Shown piece after piece: positions 27,056-40,151 of a stretch of 64,000 nucleotides of DNA. The stretch spans positions 137,144,001-137,208,000 of the forward strand of contig NC_043000.1 of NCBI RefSeq assembly GCF_006345805.1, read 5' to 3'. Origin of the DNA: Octopus sinensis (Eukaryota). The notes beneath the pieces were generated by a model, which saw only the letters and a list, made by a program, of their open reading frames with translations, searched no databases and was not told where the DNA came from. Numbering within the stretch: position 1 is the first letter of the stretch; every line of letters starts with the position of its first letter. The position numbers and the translations under genes were made by a program.

Positions 27056-27918
27056 TAGAAAATAGTGGATCAGAAAATAGCGGATCACCGAGCGAACCAT
27101 TAAGTGATTTATCGACCTGCTTAAAACAGCAGCCAAAAATTCCCTCATATCACATACTACGATCTTCATAAAAAAACAACGTCGCTAATGTGATGTAATC
27201 GTAGGTACCCTGTGAAAAGAATCGACGGTTGACTGCAAGTGTTATGTATTTGATTATATCTGGCTGATCTGGGCGGGCTGGCGAATAAAAAAAAAACACA
27301 ACAGCAATTACAAATACACACGATATAATGTTAAATAAAGTTTAGACATTTAAAGAGTCTGAAATAAAAATTAGGCCAATAAACGTTTTAGAATGAGTCA
27401 AGATACACAACCCGTAAAGAACACTATAAAAATTAAAACATAAAAATTAAAGCAAAAATGAAAACAAACGAAAGACAACATTTTTATTAGCTTACCGGGC
27501 GTGTGCTCGCACATTGTTTTATGTATTAATGTATTAATCGAACCAACTGTAAGTAATAGTTTTAAAGTTGTAAATTGGAAAATGATCAAATTCATAAGAT
27601 TAAATAGGAAATAAGCAAAATTAATGACAACATATAGAATATAAAAGTCGAAAATAAGACATTGACGGGCTGTATATATCATGGACATAAGATTGAAGAG
27701 GTGTAGTAAAAGGTCGAAAAATGTGATAAAATCCCTTCCGTGGGCGTACAAAAATAGGTGTTTTTAAGGTGAAGCTGTTGGAGTGTTGTTGTTCTTGTCA
27801 GTACAAAACATAAAAATCTGCTATTAAGTTTAATGACAAGCATCAATGGTCATACAAAATTAATGAGAAATATGTTATAAACTTTTATAATAATAATAAT
27901 AATAATAATAATTTCGGG

Positions 27919-28530
27919 TAGCGAAAGCCCGAAATTGGTGCAACGCAAATGCAATAGACACCATGACAATGTGGCAAGAATGATCCATTGGGACCTCTGT
28001 GGAAATCACGCCCTACAAAGCGCAAAGACGTGATATGAGCAAACACCAGAAGGAGTCACCGAGAATGAGAATTGCAAAATCCTGTGGGATGCAATGATTC
28101 AGTGTGATCCCTCGACCATACATCGGAAACCGAACATTGTTGTGGTGAATAAAAACAGAAAGAACATGCATGATAATCGACATAGTGTGCCCCGGTGACA
28201 ACAGGATCAATAGGAAAGAAGAAGAAAAAATAAACAAGTATGACAATTTGAAGTAGGAAATACTCAGGTTGTGATCAACGAGGAGAGTAGACGTGATACC
28301 AATTGTAATTGGCACACTTGGAAGTACCAGCACTCAGCTACCAACATGGCTGAAAAAGATTGGTGCAAGTGTGAAGGTAGAACACCTACAAAAATCAGCA
28401 TTGCTTGGAAATGCAAGAATTCTCCACAGGGTTCCTTGAGCACGATCAGTAAACAAGTGTCACCTTAGTCTACTGGCTGTGGACTGCTGACACTTTCCAT
28501 CATACCCAGCAAAATAAGCTGTGAGTTTTT
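27919..28530 (+). pseudogene. R4/Dong-like non-LTR retrotransposon, RLE endonuclease 3' fragment (family 1)
   Basis: RHHDNVARMIHWDLC...KILWDAMIQCD...RKPNIVV...IIDIVCPGD...EKINKYDNLK...VIPIVIGTLG...LQKSALLGNARIL; follows (TAA)n. Confidence 0.9.
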
Positions 28531-28748
28531 ATCTGCTTGGTGTACCCTTATCAGACGGGTTGTCGTGATAGGTGTATTGGTCTTCGTATTTTTTACCCCA
28601 GTGTCACTTTGATGGCATGCACTGCTCTCTCACTCAATAATAATAATAATAATAATAAGACTATATAGGACCGAGGTAACTCATCCAGAAGTTATGCACA
28701 AATAAATAGAAGAGTGCCATATCATGATGTGGCACTCTAATAATAAAG

Positions 28749-28797
<49 letters not shown>

Positions 28798-28819
28798 TAA
28801 TAATAATACTTATTATTAT

Positions 28820-30100
28820 TATCATCATAATGCCTGCCAAGGAAAGAGGGTGGCTGTGGACTTTTACAACTGGAATTAACAATGAAGATTGCCACATTTA
28901 ACCTAAGCCCCAACCTGAAAAATTTTGATGACTGGATGTTAAGATTTGTCTTAAAGCATGAAAACAAGAAAGTATCATACTCAATAACAAAACAGGCAAA
29001 GGAATATCTAAGCGAATTCCAAATACAACAAAGACTATAATTAGATGTACTGGAAACAAGCAGAGAAAAAGCCAAGTGTGTGAAAACCCGTGCTAAAACT
29101 GCTGGGCAAGAAAAAACCTCACAGTGGCAAATACCCAAAGAGTACTAATAATGCCGATAATTAGTATCTTCTGGCTTAAAATCGGAATCAGAAGTGTTTA
29201 TCATAGCAGCCCAAGATCAATGCCTACCTACAAGAAGCTACCAGGCCAACATAGGTATGTAAACAACAAAATGAAACCATTGATCATGTTGTCTCCATGT
29301 GTAGTCTTCTTGCGCCTAGAGGGTATCACAACAAACATGATAGAGCAGCACAGTATATTCACAGGGTAATTTGCAAAGACTTGGACCTGCCCCATGATAA
29401 AAATTGCTGGGAACACAAACCCCCGCCACTGCTTGGAAATGACTACATCTTACTCCTTTGGAACTTCACCGCTCAAACTGACAGAAAGATTAAAACAAAT
29501 AAGCCAGACATTATATTGAAGGACTTCAGGCAAAAATCATACCTCCTCATTGATAGGACTGTCCCAATCGACATAAATGTATCTACCAAGACCTACCAAA
29601 AACTGAGCAAGTATAAAGTTCTTGAAATAGAAATTGGCAAAATAGGGAACCTCAACACTAAAACAATACCTGTGGTCATAGGTGCCTTAGGAACAGTAGC
29701 AAAAGGGCTGATTGCTGCTTAGCTCAGATACCAGGAAACCCAAAATTGGAAGAAAAAAAAAATTGTGCCCATGGGAACTGCCCATATCCTACGTAAAATA
29801 TTGTATATGTAATCCCCAAAATATTTAAATCCGTAAACAGTGTCAAAATACTTTTAAATGTACATAACAGCAAACACCTTTTACTGTCACCAGACTGTCA
29901 TGTTATAATCAAACTACTATTAAAACAAACTTCTAATTTAGTTATGTTTTCAACAGACATTCTCTAGAACAATACTCTGTGCAAAACCAAATATATGGCA
30001 CCGTAGTCATATCACCAGCTTGAGCTTCTAACTTGCTTCTGAGGTTTCTGTGTGAGACTTGGAGTCAACTTGTACAAATACAAAGCAAGAGCCAATCATA
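28820..30100 (+). pseudogene. R4/Dong-like element 3' part (family 2)
   Basis: SEVFIIAAQDQCLPT; ORF 29297-29722 HDRAAQYIH...KPDIILKD...LLID...KLSKYKVLEIEI...TIPVVIGALG; UTR then (TAA)n. Confidence 0.9.
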
Positions 30101-30159
<59 letters not shown>

Positions 30160-30170
30160 TGATGATGATG

Positions 30171-30598
30171 CAGTACCAGGCAGTGGCTCTTATGGCTTCC
30201 CATCTTAATCGACTGAAGTGTTATGTATATTGTTTTGTCCTGGTATCACGAGTAGAAGTAATAGGGGAACATCATAGTCATGTGTTGTGAGGAATTCTTT
30301 GGGGTTTGGATAACTCACCTCTGCAAAAATGGTGGTTTAGTTCAACATCCTTAAACAACCCTTAATTAGGGACCTTGTGAGTGGGATGGGCCACTCGAAC
30401 TGAAGAAAAATTCTAACTGGGCCTCCACCTGCAAGGTCATGCGGTAGTAATCTTGATATGAGATGATCATGTCGCGCACATACAGTTGTGATGCTGTGCC
30501 TGGTGTACCCTTATCAGACGGGTGGTCATGATAGGTACACTAGGCTTCGTATATTTTACCCCAGTGTCACTTTGAAGGCATGCACTGCCCTCTCACTC

Positions 30599-30600
<2 letters not shown>
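30171..30600 (+). mobile_element. (TAA)n-tailed non-coding repeat (LINE 3' UTR or non-autonomous element)
   Basis: Ends GGCATGCACTGCCCTCTCACTC-(AAT)n; homologous to 32628-33052 and 28536-28635. Confidence 0.8.
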
Positions 30601-30637
<37 letters not shown>

Positions 30638-30640
30638 TCT

Positions 30641-31430
30641 AAAAGACTGGAATATCTAGTTTCCTGTGAATATTTTGAATTTCCATCAAAATAAGTTACG
30701 GAACTTACATATCCACAGCTTTCGAACACATAAACAATCAGCTTTAAAACCTTTTCCCTTGAATATCCGAGAATGTAAACATCCTTCTTGTAAAAAAAAA
30801 CACCAGTTTTCTCCGAACGGACATACAAACGAACACCTTAAAAAATTTAGAAACTTTAATTTCTCTAATTTTTTCCCTGACTAACAGAATATGTAAACAT
30901 GCCTTTTATTGTAACAACACAAATTTACGATAAAAAATTAAAGAAGTAAGCACCTGCCAATATATACATACCGCACAACTACAAAAACTGTAAACCACAG
31001 CAAAACTTTTAAAAAGAAAAGAAACATTCCAAAAGAAAAAGAAATTCAGAAATTCAAAAAATCCAACAAGGTGAACACATCTCTTCATCCTACTATTCCC
31101 AAAGACTGGAATATCTACAATTTCCTGTGAATATTTTAACTCTCCCTCAAAATAAAATAAGTTAGGAAATTTACATACCCACAGCTTTCGAATACACAAA
31201 CGATCCTCATTTTTATTCTGAAAACACAAGCGTTTCACTCTGTGCGGTCATACAAAAGATCATATTTAGTAAATCTTAAAACTTAACTATCTACAACTTG
31301 TTTTCTTTTCTTTTTTACTCTCCCTGAATATTCGAAAATGTAAACACCCTTTTCATTGCAAAAGCCCTACTGTATTCTCCAACTGGAGAGACAAACGAAC
31401 ATCTCAAGAAAACTTAGAACTTTAAAACTT
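30641..31430 (+). repeat. Diverged tandem duplication, ~460-570-bp period
   Basis: AAAGACTGGAATATCTA at 30642 and 31102; CCTTGAATAT..ATGTAAACA-type block at ~30757, 30875 and 31322. Confidence 0.7.
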
Positions 31431-32592
31431 TAAAAATATGTATGTATATGTTTGTGTGTGTGTCTGTGTTTGTCCCCCCAACATCGCTTGACAACCGATG
31501 CTGGTGTGTTTACGTCCCCGTCACTTAGCGGTTCAGCAAGAGCGACCGATAGAATAAGTATTAGGCTTACAAAGTATAAGTCCTGGGGTCGATTTGCTCG
31601 ACTAAAGGCGGTGCTCCAGCATGGCCGCTGTCAAATGACTGAAGCAAATAAAAGAATAAATGATTACATACATACATACATACATAAATACATGCATAAA
31701 AACAAAAATACCGTTGGTGATGTTGAAATTTCAATGAAGGAACCTTGGATTTAGGTATTGACAAGACATCTTGAAATAAACTCAATATATACATACATAC
31801 ATACATACATACATACATACATACATACATACATACATACAATAAACATACATACAAATATACATACATCCATCCATCCATCCATCCATCCATCTATCCA
31901 TCCACACACACATAACAGCGGATGTTAATAGAAAGCTGAAGATCAGTGAAAAAGAGAACACCTATGATGAGCTATCGAGAAATCTGCAGGCTTGTAGACC
32001 GCAAAGACAAGAAGTATATAATAAATACAATATTATTTTGTTGGGGTTACCCGGACCATAAATACTTAGCAGTATAAGGTTTTCATTTAGTGGAATTATC
32101 CTCAATTAGAGAGTAAGTATACAAACATCTAATGTCGATTATTAACGACTCCGAATGACAAAGGGAATATAATGGCTCAGAGATAAAATCTCTTTCACGA
32201 AGATACAAAAAAATAAAAAAGCCAGTCTAATTCATTTTGCAGAGATAAATATGGGAGCTGTCATCACATGTTTTTGCTTTATTAGGCGCCGTAAGTGCTG
32301 CATTGTCATTCCTTATGTGTAGAGAAAATTTATGGTCTAAGGTAATTTGCAAATATAAAGGAGAACGTGCTCAAAGAAATAATTCAGATGTGGGAAGGAG
32401 CATAGATTTGGAAGGCAAAGAAGAAAAAAGCTATATGAAATATTTTACAAGATAAATTGTTGACCTCTTGACATTTTCTTCTGTTCGAGAAAAAGAAAAC
32501 AAAGACTTATACTCGATTGCTACCGACTGCGGCGAAGGAAAGAAGGTTAAACCCTCGTCGCATCATTAGTTCTCCCGAATAAACACGCCATC

Positions 32593-32627
<35 letters not shown>

Positions 32628-32628
<1 letters not shown>

Positions 32629-33052
32629 TGCTTGTCAGTTGTTTGACCTTAAACAGTTGAGCATGTCCCTTAATGGCTGACGATATGTGCATCTCTGACC
32701 ACGAGCAGAAGTCGTGGGGGAGCATCATAGCCATGTGTTGAGAGGGATTCTTTGGGGTTTGAATAATTCACCTCTGGAAACTTGGGTGTTTTGTTCAACA
32801 TCCTTAAACAATCCTTATTCGGGGACCTTTTGAGCAGGATGGACTACTCGACCAGAAGAAAAAATTCTAACTGGGCCAAACCTGCAAGGTCATGCGCTGT
32901 TTATCTTGAAATGAGATCACCATGTCGCACACATATGGTTGTGTTGCATGTGCCTAGTGTACCCTTATCAGACGGGTAGTCATGATGGGTATACTGGGCT
33001 TCGTATATTTTGCCCCAGTGTCACTTTGATGGCATGCACTGCGCTCTCACTC
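32628..33052 (+). mobile_element. Second copy of the (TAA)n-tailed non-coding repeat
   Basis: Same 3' end; different 5' start; (TAA)n on both sides. Confidence 0.8.
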
Positions 33053-33074
33053 AATAATAATAATAATAATAATG

Positions 33075-33105
<31 letters not shown>

Positions 33106-33116
33106 TAATAATAATG

Positions 33117-33147
<31 letters not shown>

Positions 33148-33168
33148 ATAATAATAATAATAATAATA

Positions 33169-33238
<70 letters not shown>

Positions 33239-33239
<1 letters not shown>

Positions 33240-33420
33240 GGAACTATCCCTAAAGATTTGAATAGTTGCATAGAGGAAATAGGCATAAAACCCAGTTTAC
33301 TACAGCCTCAGAAAACAGTATTATTAGGAACAGCTAGGATACTTAGGAGGGTTCTTGGCATCAAAGGTTACTTGTTATAGCTGAATGTTAGGAATTTTAC
33401 TTTCCCAACAGTCTAATGAG

Positions 33421-33425
<5 letters not shown>
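33239..33425 (+). pseudogene. R4/Dong-like extreme 3' fragment (family 3)
   Basis: GTIPKDLNSCIEEIGIKPSLLQPQKTVLLGTARILRRVLG; (TAA)n on both sides. Confidence 0.85.
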
Positions 33426-33475
<50 letters not shown>

Positions 33476-33949
33476 CAACAACAACAACAAATAAAACAGG
33501 TTGAATTGCTTCTTCTCAAGGGCAAGGTCAGCGCTTTCAGTGGTTGCTGGTAGTAATACACACATTTGACCTCTGCTGACCCAAAGGGTGTGAAGATTCT
33601 TTTGTCTCTATGGCTGACCTCCCCACCAACTGCCGAATCTATTTATAGACCTGTAGAATTTGAAGTATTCACCAAGCTGCTACTCCCACAACTGTTTCTT
33701 TCAACAACCACATATTTATGATTATCTCAAGTACAAGACAAAAGTTGAAGATAAAGAACATTTAACAAAATCTTTTAATAATAAATGGAAATATTAATAA
33801 TGATAATAGAAGTGGTAGTGGTGGTGATGGTGATAATGCTAAAAATTAAAATAATGGTAATACGCTACAGCTGCTAATACTACAAATACTACTACAACTA
33901 CTACTATAGCACAGGAATCTGAGGCCCAAACAATAATACAAGTGATATC

Positions 33950-33965
33950 AGTGATGATGATGATG

Positions 33966-34002
<37 letters not shown>

Positions 34003-34044
34003 TAACAATAACAATAATATAATAACAATAACAATAACAATAAC

Positions 34045-34081
<37 letters not shown>

Positions 34082-34294
34082 TAACAATAATAATAATAAC
34101 AATAACAATAACAATAACATAATAATAATGATAATAATAATAATAATAATAAATAATAATAATAATAAATAATAATAATAATGATAATAATAATAATATA
34201 ATAATATAATAATAATATAATAATAATAATAACAACAATAACAATAACAATAATAATAATAACAATAACAATAACAATAACAATAATAATAATG

Positions 34295-34356
<62 letters not shown>
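33950..34356. repeat. Compound (AAT)/(AAC) microsatellite
   Basis: Direct reading. Confidence 0.95.
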
Positions 34357-34358
<2 letters not shown>

Positions 34359-36190
34359 AAGGAGCAGGTGAACCAAGAAAGGAAAAATGTCAATGATATT
34401 CTGAAATACATCAGAACAAACAATATCACAGAAACAAATAATTTGATCAAGGCAGCAAGTATTGTTGTAGCAGAAAATGTGGGTGTTGATGTCACGAAAA
34501 AGAAATACAATGGGAGTGACAAAAGAAAATACCCATGCTGGTAAAGAAGAATACAGACAGGATGAGATATGCTCTAGAAGGAAATCTCTGTGTTAGATCG
34601 AAAAGAGAAAGGGGGTCTTAAAAGCGAACAAAAATACAGGGCACTGAAAAGGAAGTATAATATTGAAAGAAAGCGCCTGAAAATGGTAATGAAGGAACTG
34701 AAGCAGCGCCTCGTTGCAAAGAAAGCAAAGATGGTAAGATACGACCAAAGAATGAAGGGTTACCACCAGAAAAAGTTATTCAGAGTAGATCAGAAGAGAT
34801 TCTATAAAGAAATAAATAGAGAGTGTACAAATGAAAAGCTGATACCAGATAACAATGAATGTCGAAGATTTTGGAGTGACATCTGAAGCAAAGACAAGGA
34901 GTACAAGAAGAATGCTGAGTGGTTGCAAGAACTGAAACAAACAATAGTCTGTCCAAAACATGTCATTTCATTTAGGGAAATGAAGGAAATCAGCAAAACG
35001 ATGAGCATCTGGAAGGCCCAGGGACTAGATGGAGTTCAAGGCGACTGGATCAAAAGATTTGGTGAATGTCATGCACGAATAGTTGCGCAACTCAACACCC
35101 TGTTAGATGCCGACCAAGTAATACCAGAATGGTTGACATTGGGTAGGATAGTGCTGTGCTTGAAAAACATCGAAAAAGGCAAAACCGTAGACAATTACAG
35201 GGTGATATCCTGTTTGCCACTTATGTGGAATTATTGACTGAAATACTCGCAGAATCAATGTACGAACATCTGGAAAAAATGGAGTTCTGCCACATGAGCA
35301 GAAGGGTTGCAAGCGTAAGTGCAGAGGTACCAAGGATCAACTCCTGATAGACAAAACTGTACTTAGAGGCTGCAAGAGGCGGAGAAGTAACTTAGCAATA
35401 TCATAGATCGACTATTGTAAGGCGTGCGAGATGATCCCACGTTCTTGGATTATGAAGTGTATGAGCCTATTTGGTATTGCATCGAATGTTGAGCGATTGC
35501 TTGGAAAAAATATGGCGAATTGGAGGACGGACCTCACAGCATACGGAAGACGTTTAGGACCATAGAAATCAGGAGGGGCATCTTCCAAGGGGACTGCCTG
35601 TCCCTATTGATCTTTGTACTGAGCTTGATACATACCACTAACACCGATACTGAGGAAAGCAAAAGCTGGGTGTGTATTTAAAAGCCGCCAACAAAAAAAT
35701 TAACCATTTGTTATTCATGGATGACATCAAACTTTATGGTAAAGATGAAGCCTAAGTCAGGTCCCTCGTTGATACGGTGTATACCTTCAGTGCTGATATC
35801 AGAATGGAGTTCGGACTGAGAAAGTGTGGTGTGTTAGACTTGAAGAGAGGCAAAATCAAATGTATGAGCGGGCTAGCGACACCGTCGGGGGAGGTTATGA
35901 AGCAGATAGAAGAGACGGGCTGTAAGTACTTGGGGATTTTTGAAATGGAAAAATTGATGAAGAAAGAAATGACAGAAAAATTTAAGGTGGAGTAATTGCA
36001 CAGACTGAGACTGATCCTTAAGTCGAAATTAAACGGACGGAATAAGATCGAAGCTATCAACACCTGGGCTGTTTCACTCCTTAGATACGGAGCAGGGGTA
36101 ATCTCATGGACAGTAGACGAAGTAAATAGCTTAAGCAGAAAGACAAGGCAGTTGCTAACTAGATATGGGAGACTCCACCCCAAAGATGAG
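34357..36190 (+). pseudogene. R4/Dong-like reverse transcriptase region, decayed and 3'-truncated
   Basis: WKAQGLDGVQGDWIK, NYRVISCLPLMW, RRGIFQGDCLSLLIF, HLLFMDDIKLY, MEFGLRKC, LILKSKLNGRNKIEAINTWAVSLLRYGAG. Confidence 0.92.
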
Positions 36191-36605
36191 AAAATTATTC
36201 GGAAATAAGATAGACCCAGCAGGAGTAAGCGTGGAGTTTGATGACTTGCCGCCTGTAATAGATTATGAGGACCTAATACCGTACATAAAATAATGAAAAA
36301 AGAGGAAAAAAATAAGAAAAAAGAAAAAGGAAAAATAGTTAGTAAATGTTTAGAATTTTAATGACTATAAAACTGATACAAAAAGGGAAAAAGAGAAGAA
36401 AGAAAAACAGATATAAAACATAAATAAAACAGTTAAAATGATACTGCCTGCGAGTGTGGAGCTTGCAACCATTTGATCTCCATTATTATAATTCATCCTT
36501 CATTCGTTCGTTATGTGTTTTATGTCCCCACTGTAGTGCCCTGTCTGTCCTGGTGCTGTCCCCTTTGTGTTATGGGCGTAGTGCCAAAATAAAGAATCAT
36601 CTTGT
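36190..36605 (+). mobile_element. Probable 3' end of another LINE interrupting the RT relic
   Basis: Short open frame KIDPAGVSVEFDDLPPVIDYEDLIPYIK*, A-rich UTR, terminal AATAAAGAATCAT. Confidence 0.4.
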
Positions 36606-37513
36606 TGGTAGCAGTTCACTGAGTCTTTGATATAGAGCTTCGACTCTTCTGTAATAGTAACAGTAATGCGTCGTGTACATACTTTCTTCCTCCCTGGTTC
36701 ATTATATTATATATCCAATACAGAGATATAAAACATAGTTGAACATTCTGTATGCATTTATGCTTGTATTATAAGGCGGAGTTTAGAGACATTCTTCTAT
36801 GTGCATATATGTAACTTATATATATATATATATATTTATATATGTAAAGCTGTATGTATGCTTGTATGGCATTCGGGCGTTTATGTATATCTAAATAAGC
36901 ACATCACGCATGTGACATAACATCTATATCCTTTTAGAGCATAACATCAAAATAGGGATGGTCAAAGGAAGAGTTTAAAACCACTTTAGTGTAGTCTCCC
37001 ATATACATATAATGCAACCAGTCCGGATACAGATTTTTCATAAGTAAAAATCTACATTATGTCACTTTCAAACTTTGAACATAAAAAAGAGTAAAAAAAA
37101 ATAAATTCTTCATTTCGTTTAGATGACTTCACAAAGAAGCAGAGATATAAAGATTCCTGTATGTATTATTTTCTCTATCAGATATCACATTTTAACCCTG
37201 GAACTATTGGAAATAGTTGGTGCTTAATCGGTTTCACGCAACCATATGAAAATAAAATTAGTGATTCTCAGCTAGCTGCATTCACGAACTTGATAAGACA
37301 TTTCTTTCTAAATGAATAAAGTGAATTTTGACAGCTTTTTACAACAGATCCAGAATTATAGTTTTGTTTGTTTTTCCATTTCTTAAAGATAGCCGCCATA
37401 TTGCGACATCTGAACAATTGCTTCTATTCCATTTCAAACGCATTTAATTGCAGCCTATCTTCCACATCTCTCTTCCCATTCATAGACACACACACACACA
37501 CACACAACACACA

Positions 37514-37555
<42 letters not shown>

Positions 37556-37796
37556 TATGTATGTATATACACATACATATCTTATAGGAACATTAAGTAG
37601 GATACATACACCTTTAATAAAACGTATATATTCAATCTTGAGTTATAACAACTTTATTTATTCATTAACATCGTCTACCGAAGATTCTATGATATTCTGT
37701 TCCTTCTAAAAACAGTTTACCGCTTGAAAAGAGATATATGAATTATATGATCAGCACATACCTATGTATGCTCGTTTGAGTGTGCGTATTATGTAT

Positions 37797-37831
<35 letters not shown>

Positions 37832-38354
37832 ATATAAAATGTGATCTGATTTTCGTCCGGAAAATTTTCAAATCTCAAAAATTTTTGTTTTCCAACTCTC
37901 TGACGGTTCTGCTTAACATGAAACCGTATTATATATGAATATATTTTGATATAAGCAATTTGTTTTACTCTGAGACCTCGGGCTGTATGATAAAATTATA
38001 TTATACACCGGTGCGTATGCGTGTGTCTGTGTGTGTGAATATATATGAATACATAACCACCCCACACACACACGCACGAACACACGCATGTACGCAGGTA
38101 TATTATTTAATAAACTCAGGATTTATATGCGAGCTACTATACTATAAGTTTCGTGCTCAGACAATACAGTAATCGGATGGTTTGGTATAGTGTGCCGTGT
38201 CCTCTTCTGTAATCTTTCAATGGTAGTAATGGTTCTTTGAGAAAAAGTGATTAACGAAGGTAAAGAAAATAAGGATAAAAATGAGGCTTCGAGGTAAAGA
38301 GTCATAGAGTTATGTTACCTTGACCCGTTTGACGGAGAATACTGGTATTATTTT

Positions 38355-38695
38355 ATAACAGTAGTTAATGGGTTTAATCGGATAGAAGAAGGCTAAAGTT
38401 TCTAAGTCTGTATGCCTAATCCGAAGGGGATGGAGTTCTCTAGGTTTATAACAGAAACTTGTCAAGATGCTTGCATCTTGTAAAAATTCTCGATCTCGAG
38501 TGCAAGCGGTCAAAGGAGATAGGGATAAACAGATCTTGGAACTCGAGATAGGAAATTTTCACAGGTTGCAAGCACCTCGGCAAATTTCTGTTGTTGAACT
38601 GGAGAACTCCATCCCTCTGCAGGTTAGGTATACAATCTTATCAATTTTAGCCTTCCAATATTCCAATAATCCCATTACTATATATAACTATTGTC
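38355..38695. repeat. Diverged inverted repeat, ~150-bp arms, ~40-bp spacer
   Basis: TAATGGG..GAAGGCTAAA..GGGATGGAGTTCTC..AACAGAAA..TGCTTGCA..TCTCGAGT (38366-38501) mirrors 38541-38677. Confidence 0.75.
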
Positions 38696-39939
38696 AGTAA
38701 ACTCATTCTATTGAAGCAAAGGGACACTGACTTTTCAGTCTCCGTAAGTTGCGCTTTAATCAAATATCTTCTATTATAGCCCCTGGCCGACCAATACGTT
38801 CCAAGTAAATTAAGTAGAGGGAAACTGTATATATGCATACCGTTATATACTATAGTAGCTTAAAAGCCGCACTCCGTGCGGGCTTTTGGGCTGGCTCCTG
38901 CAGAGGACTAATTCCGCCTGCGGCCCAAAACCAAAGACAGCTGAATAGCATGAACATAACACGTCTATAATGACTATATGCCCTGGTAGTGTTTTATCAA
39001 AGGATAAGGGCTGATGAGAATTAATCTGTAACGAAGCTATTCTATTGTTCTAGTCCCAAGCTGAATTCCAACTGTTGGCCAATTTGTTCCAATGTTCTTA
39101 TCACGACGTAAAATCATCGAAGCCAATGTCATTTATCTCTTCCTTGATCTCTGACGTCATATGGCATTACTCAGTCAAAATGGTGTAAATCAATCAAGCT
39201 TTACCTGCTAGAAATAGCAACCCAAATGCTTTTAGATCAGATCCTAATGCTGGATGCTCAAGAACCAAATAAGGGGCAGATTTTCAATCCTGGGATCATC
39301 CTGATTCCAAAAACGTATATTATGCCTATGTAGAGCAAATTTAGACTAAGATACAGACAGACAAGGGCAGAATTTCGCTTTCATTATTACATCCCTAGTA
39401 CTTATGTTTTTAAAGACTTCAACTTATTTTGTCGGTATCTTAGCACGAACCGCTAGGATATAGGGACATTAATAAGCCAGCAACAGTTGTCAGGCGTTGG
39501 TAGAAGACAGACAGACAGACACACATGAATACACATTCATACAACCCTAGATACACATACATACACATACACACACTCACACACATATATATATATATGC
39601 ACATTACACATACACGCGTCGGGCTTCATTTGCTCTCCGTCTATCAAATCTGTTCACAAAGCTTTGGCTGACTGAGCTGTAGTAGAAGACACTTACACAA
39701 GGTGCCATGCAGTGGACTGAACCCTGAAACATGTGGTTGAGAAACAAACTTCTTACCACACAGACACGCCTTATATGTATATGTGTGTATGCATATGCAT
39801 ATAAATAAACCTACACACACACGCACGCACACGCACACACATACACATGTACGTATGTATGCATGTTTGTATTTATGTATGTATATACGATATATATATA
39901 TATTTACATCTATCTCTCTATCTATCTTATATATTCTTT

Positions 39940-40150
39940 TCTACTCTAGGCACGAGGCCCAACATTTTGGGGAGGGGGCCAGTCGATTAGATCGACACAA
40001 GTACGTAACTGGTACTTAATTTACCGACCTCGAAAGGATGAAAGGAAAAGTCGACCTCGGCGGAATTGGAACTCAGAACATACAGACAGACAAGATACCA
40101 ATAAGTATTTTCGCCCGGCATGCTAACGTTACTGCCAGCTCGCCGCCTTT
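39940..40150 (-). mobile_element. SINE family A (alternative tail)
   Basis: GAAAGGATGAAAGGAAAAGTCGACCTCGGCGG...CTGCCAGCTCGCCGCC. Confidence 0.85.
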
Positions 40151-40151
40151 A

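Noticed and set aside
38286-38330. GAGGTAA...TTACCTT-GA hairpin resembling stem II of the intact HHR
   Set aside because: No CUGANGA upstream and no GAAA downstream.
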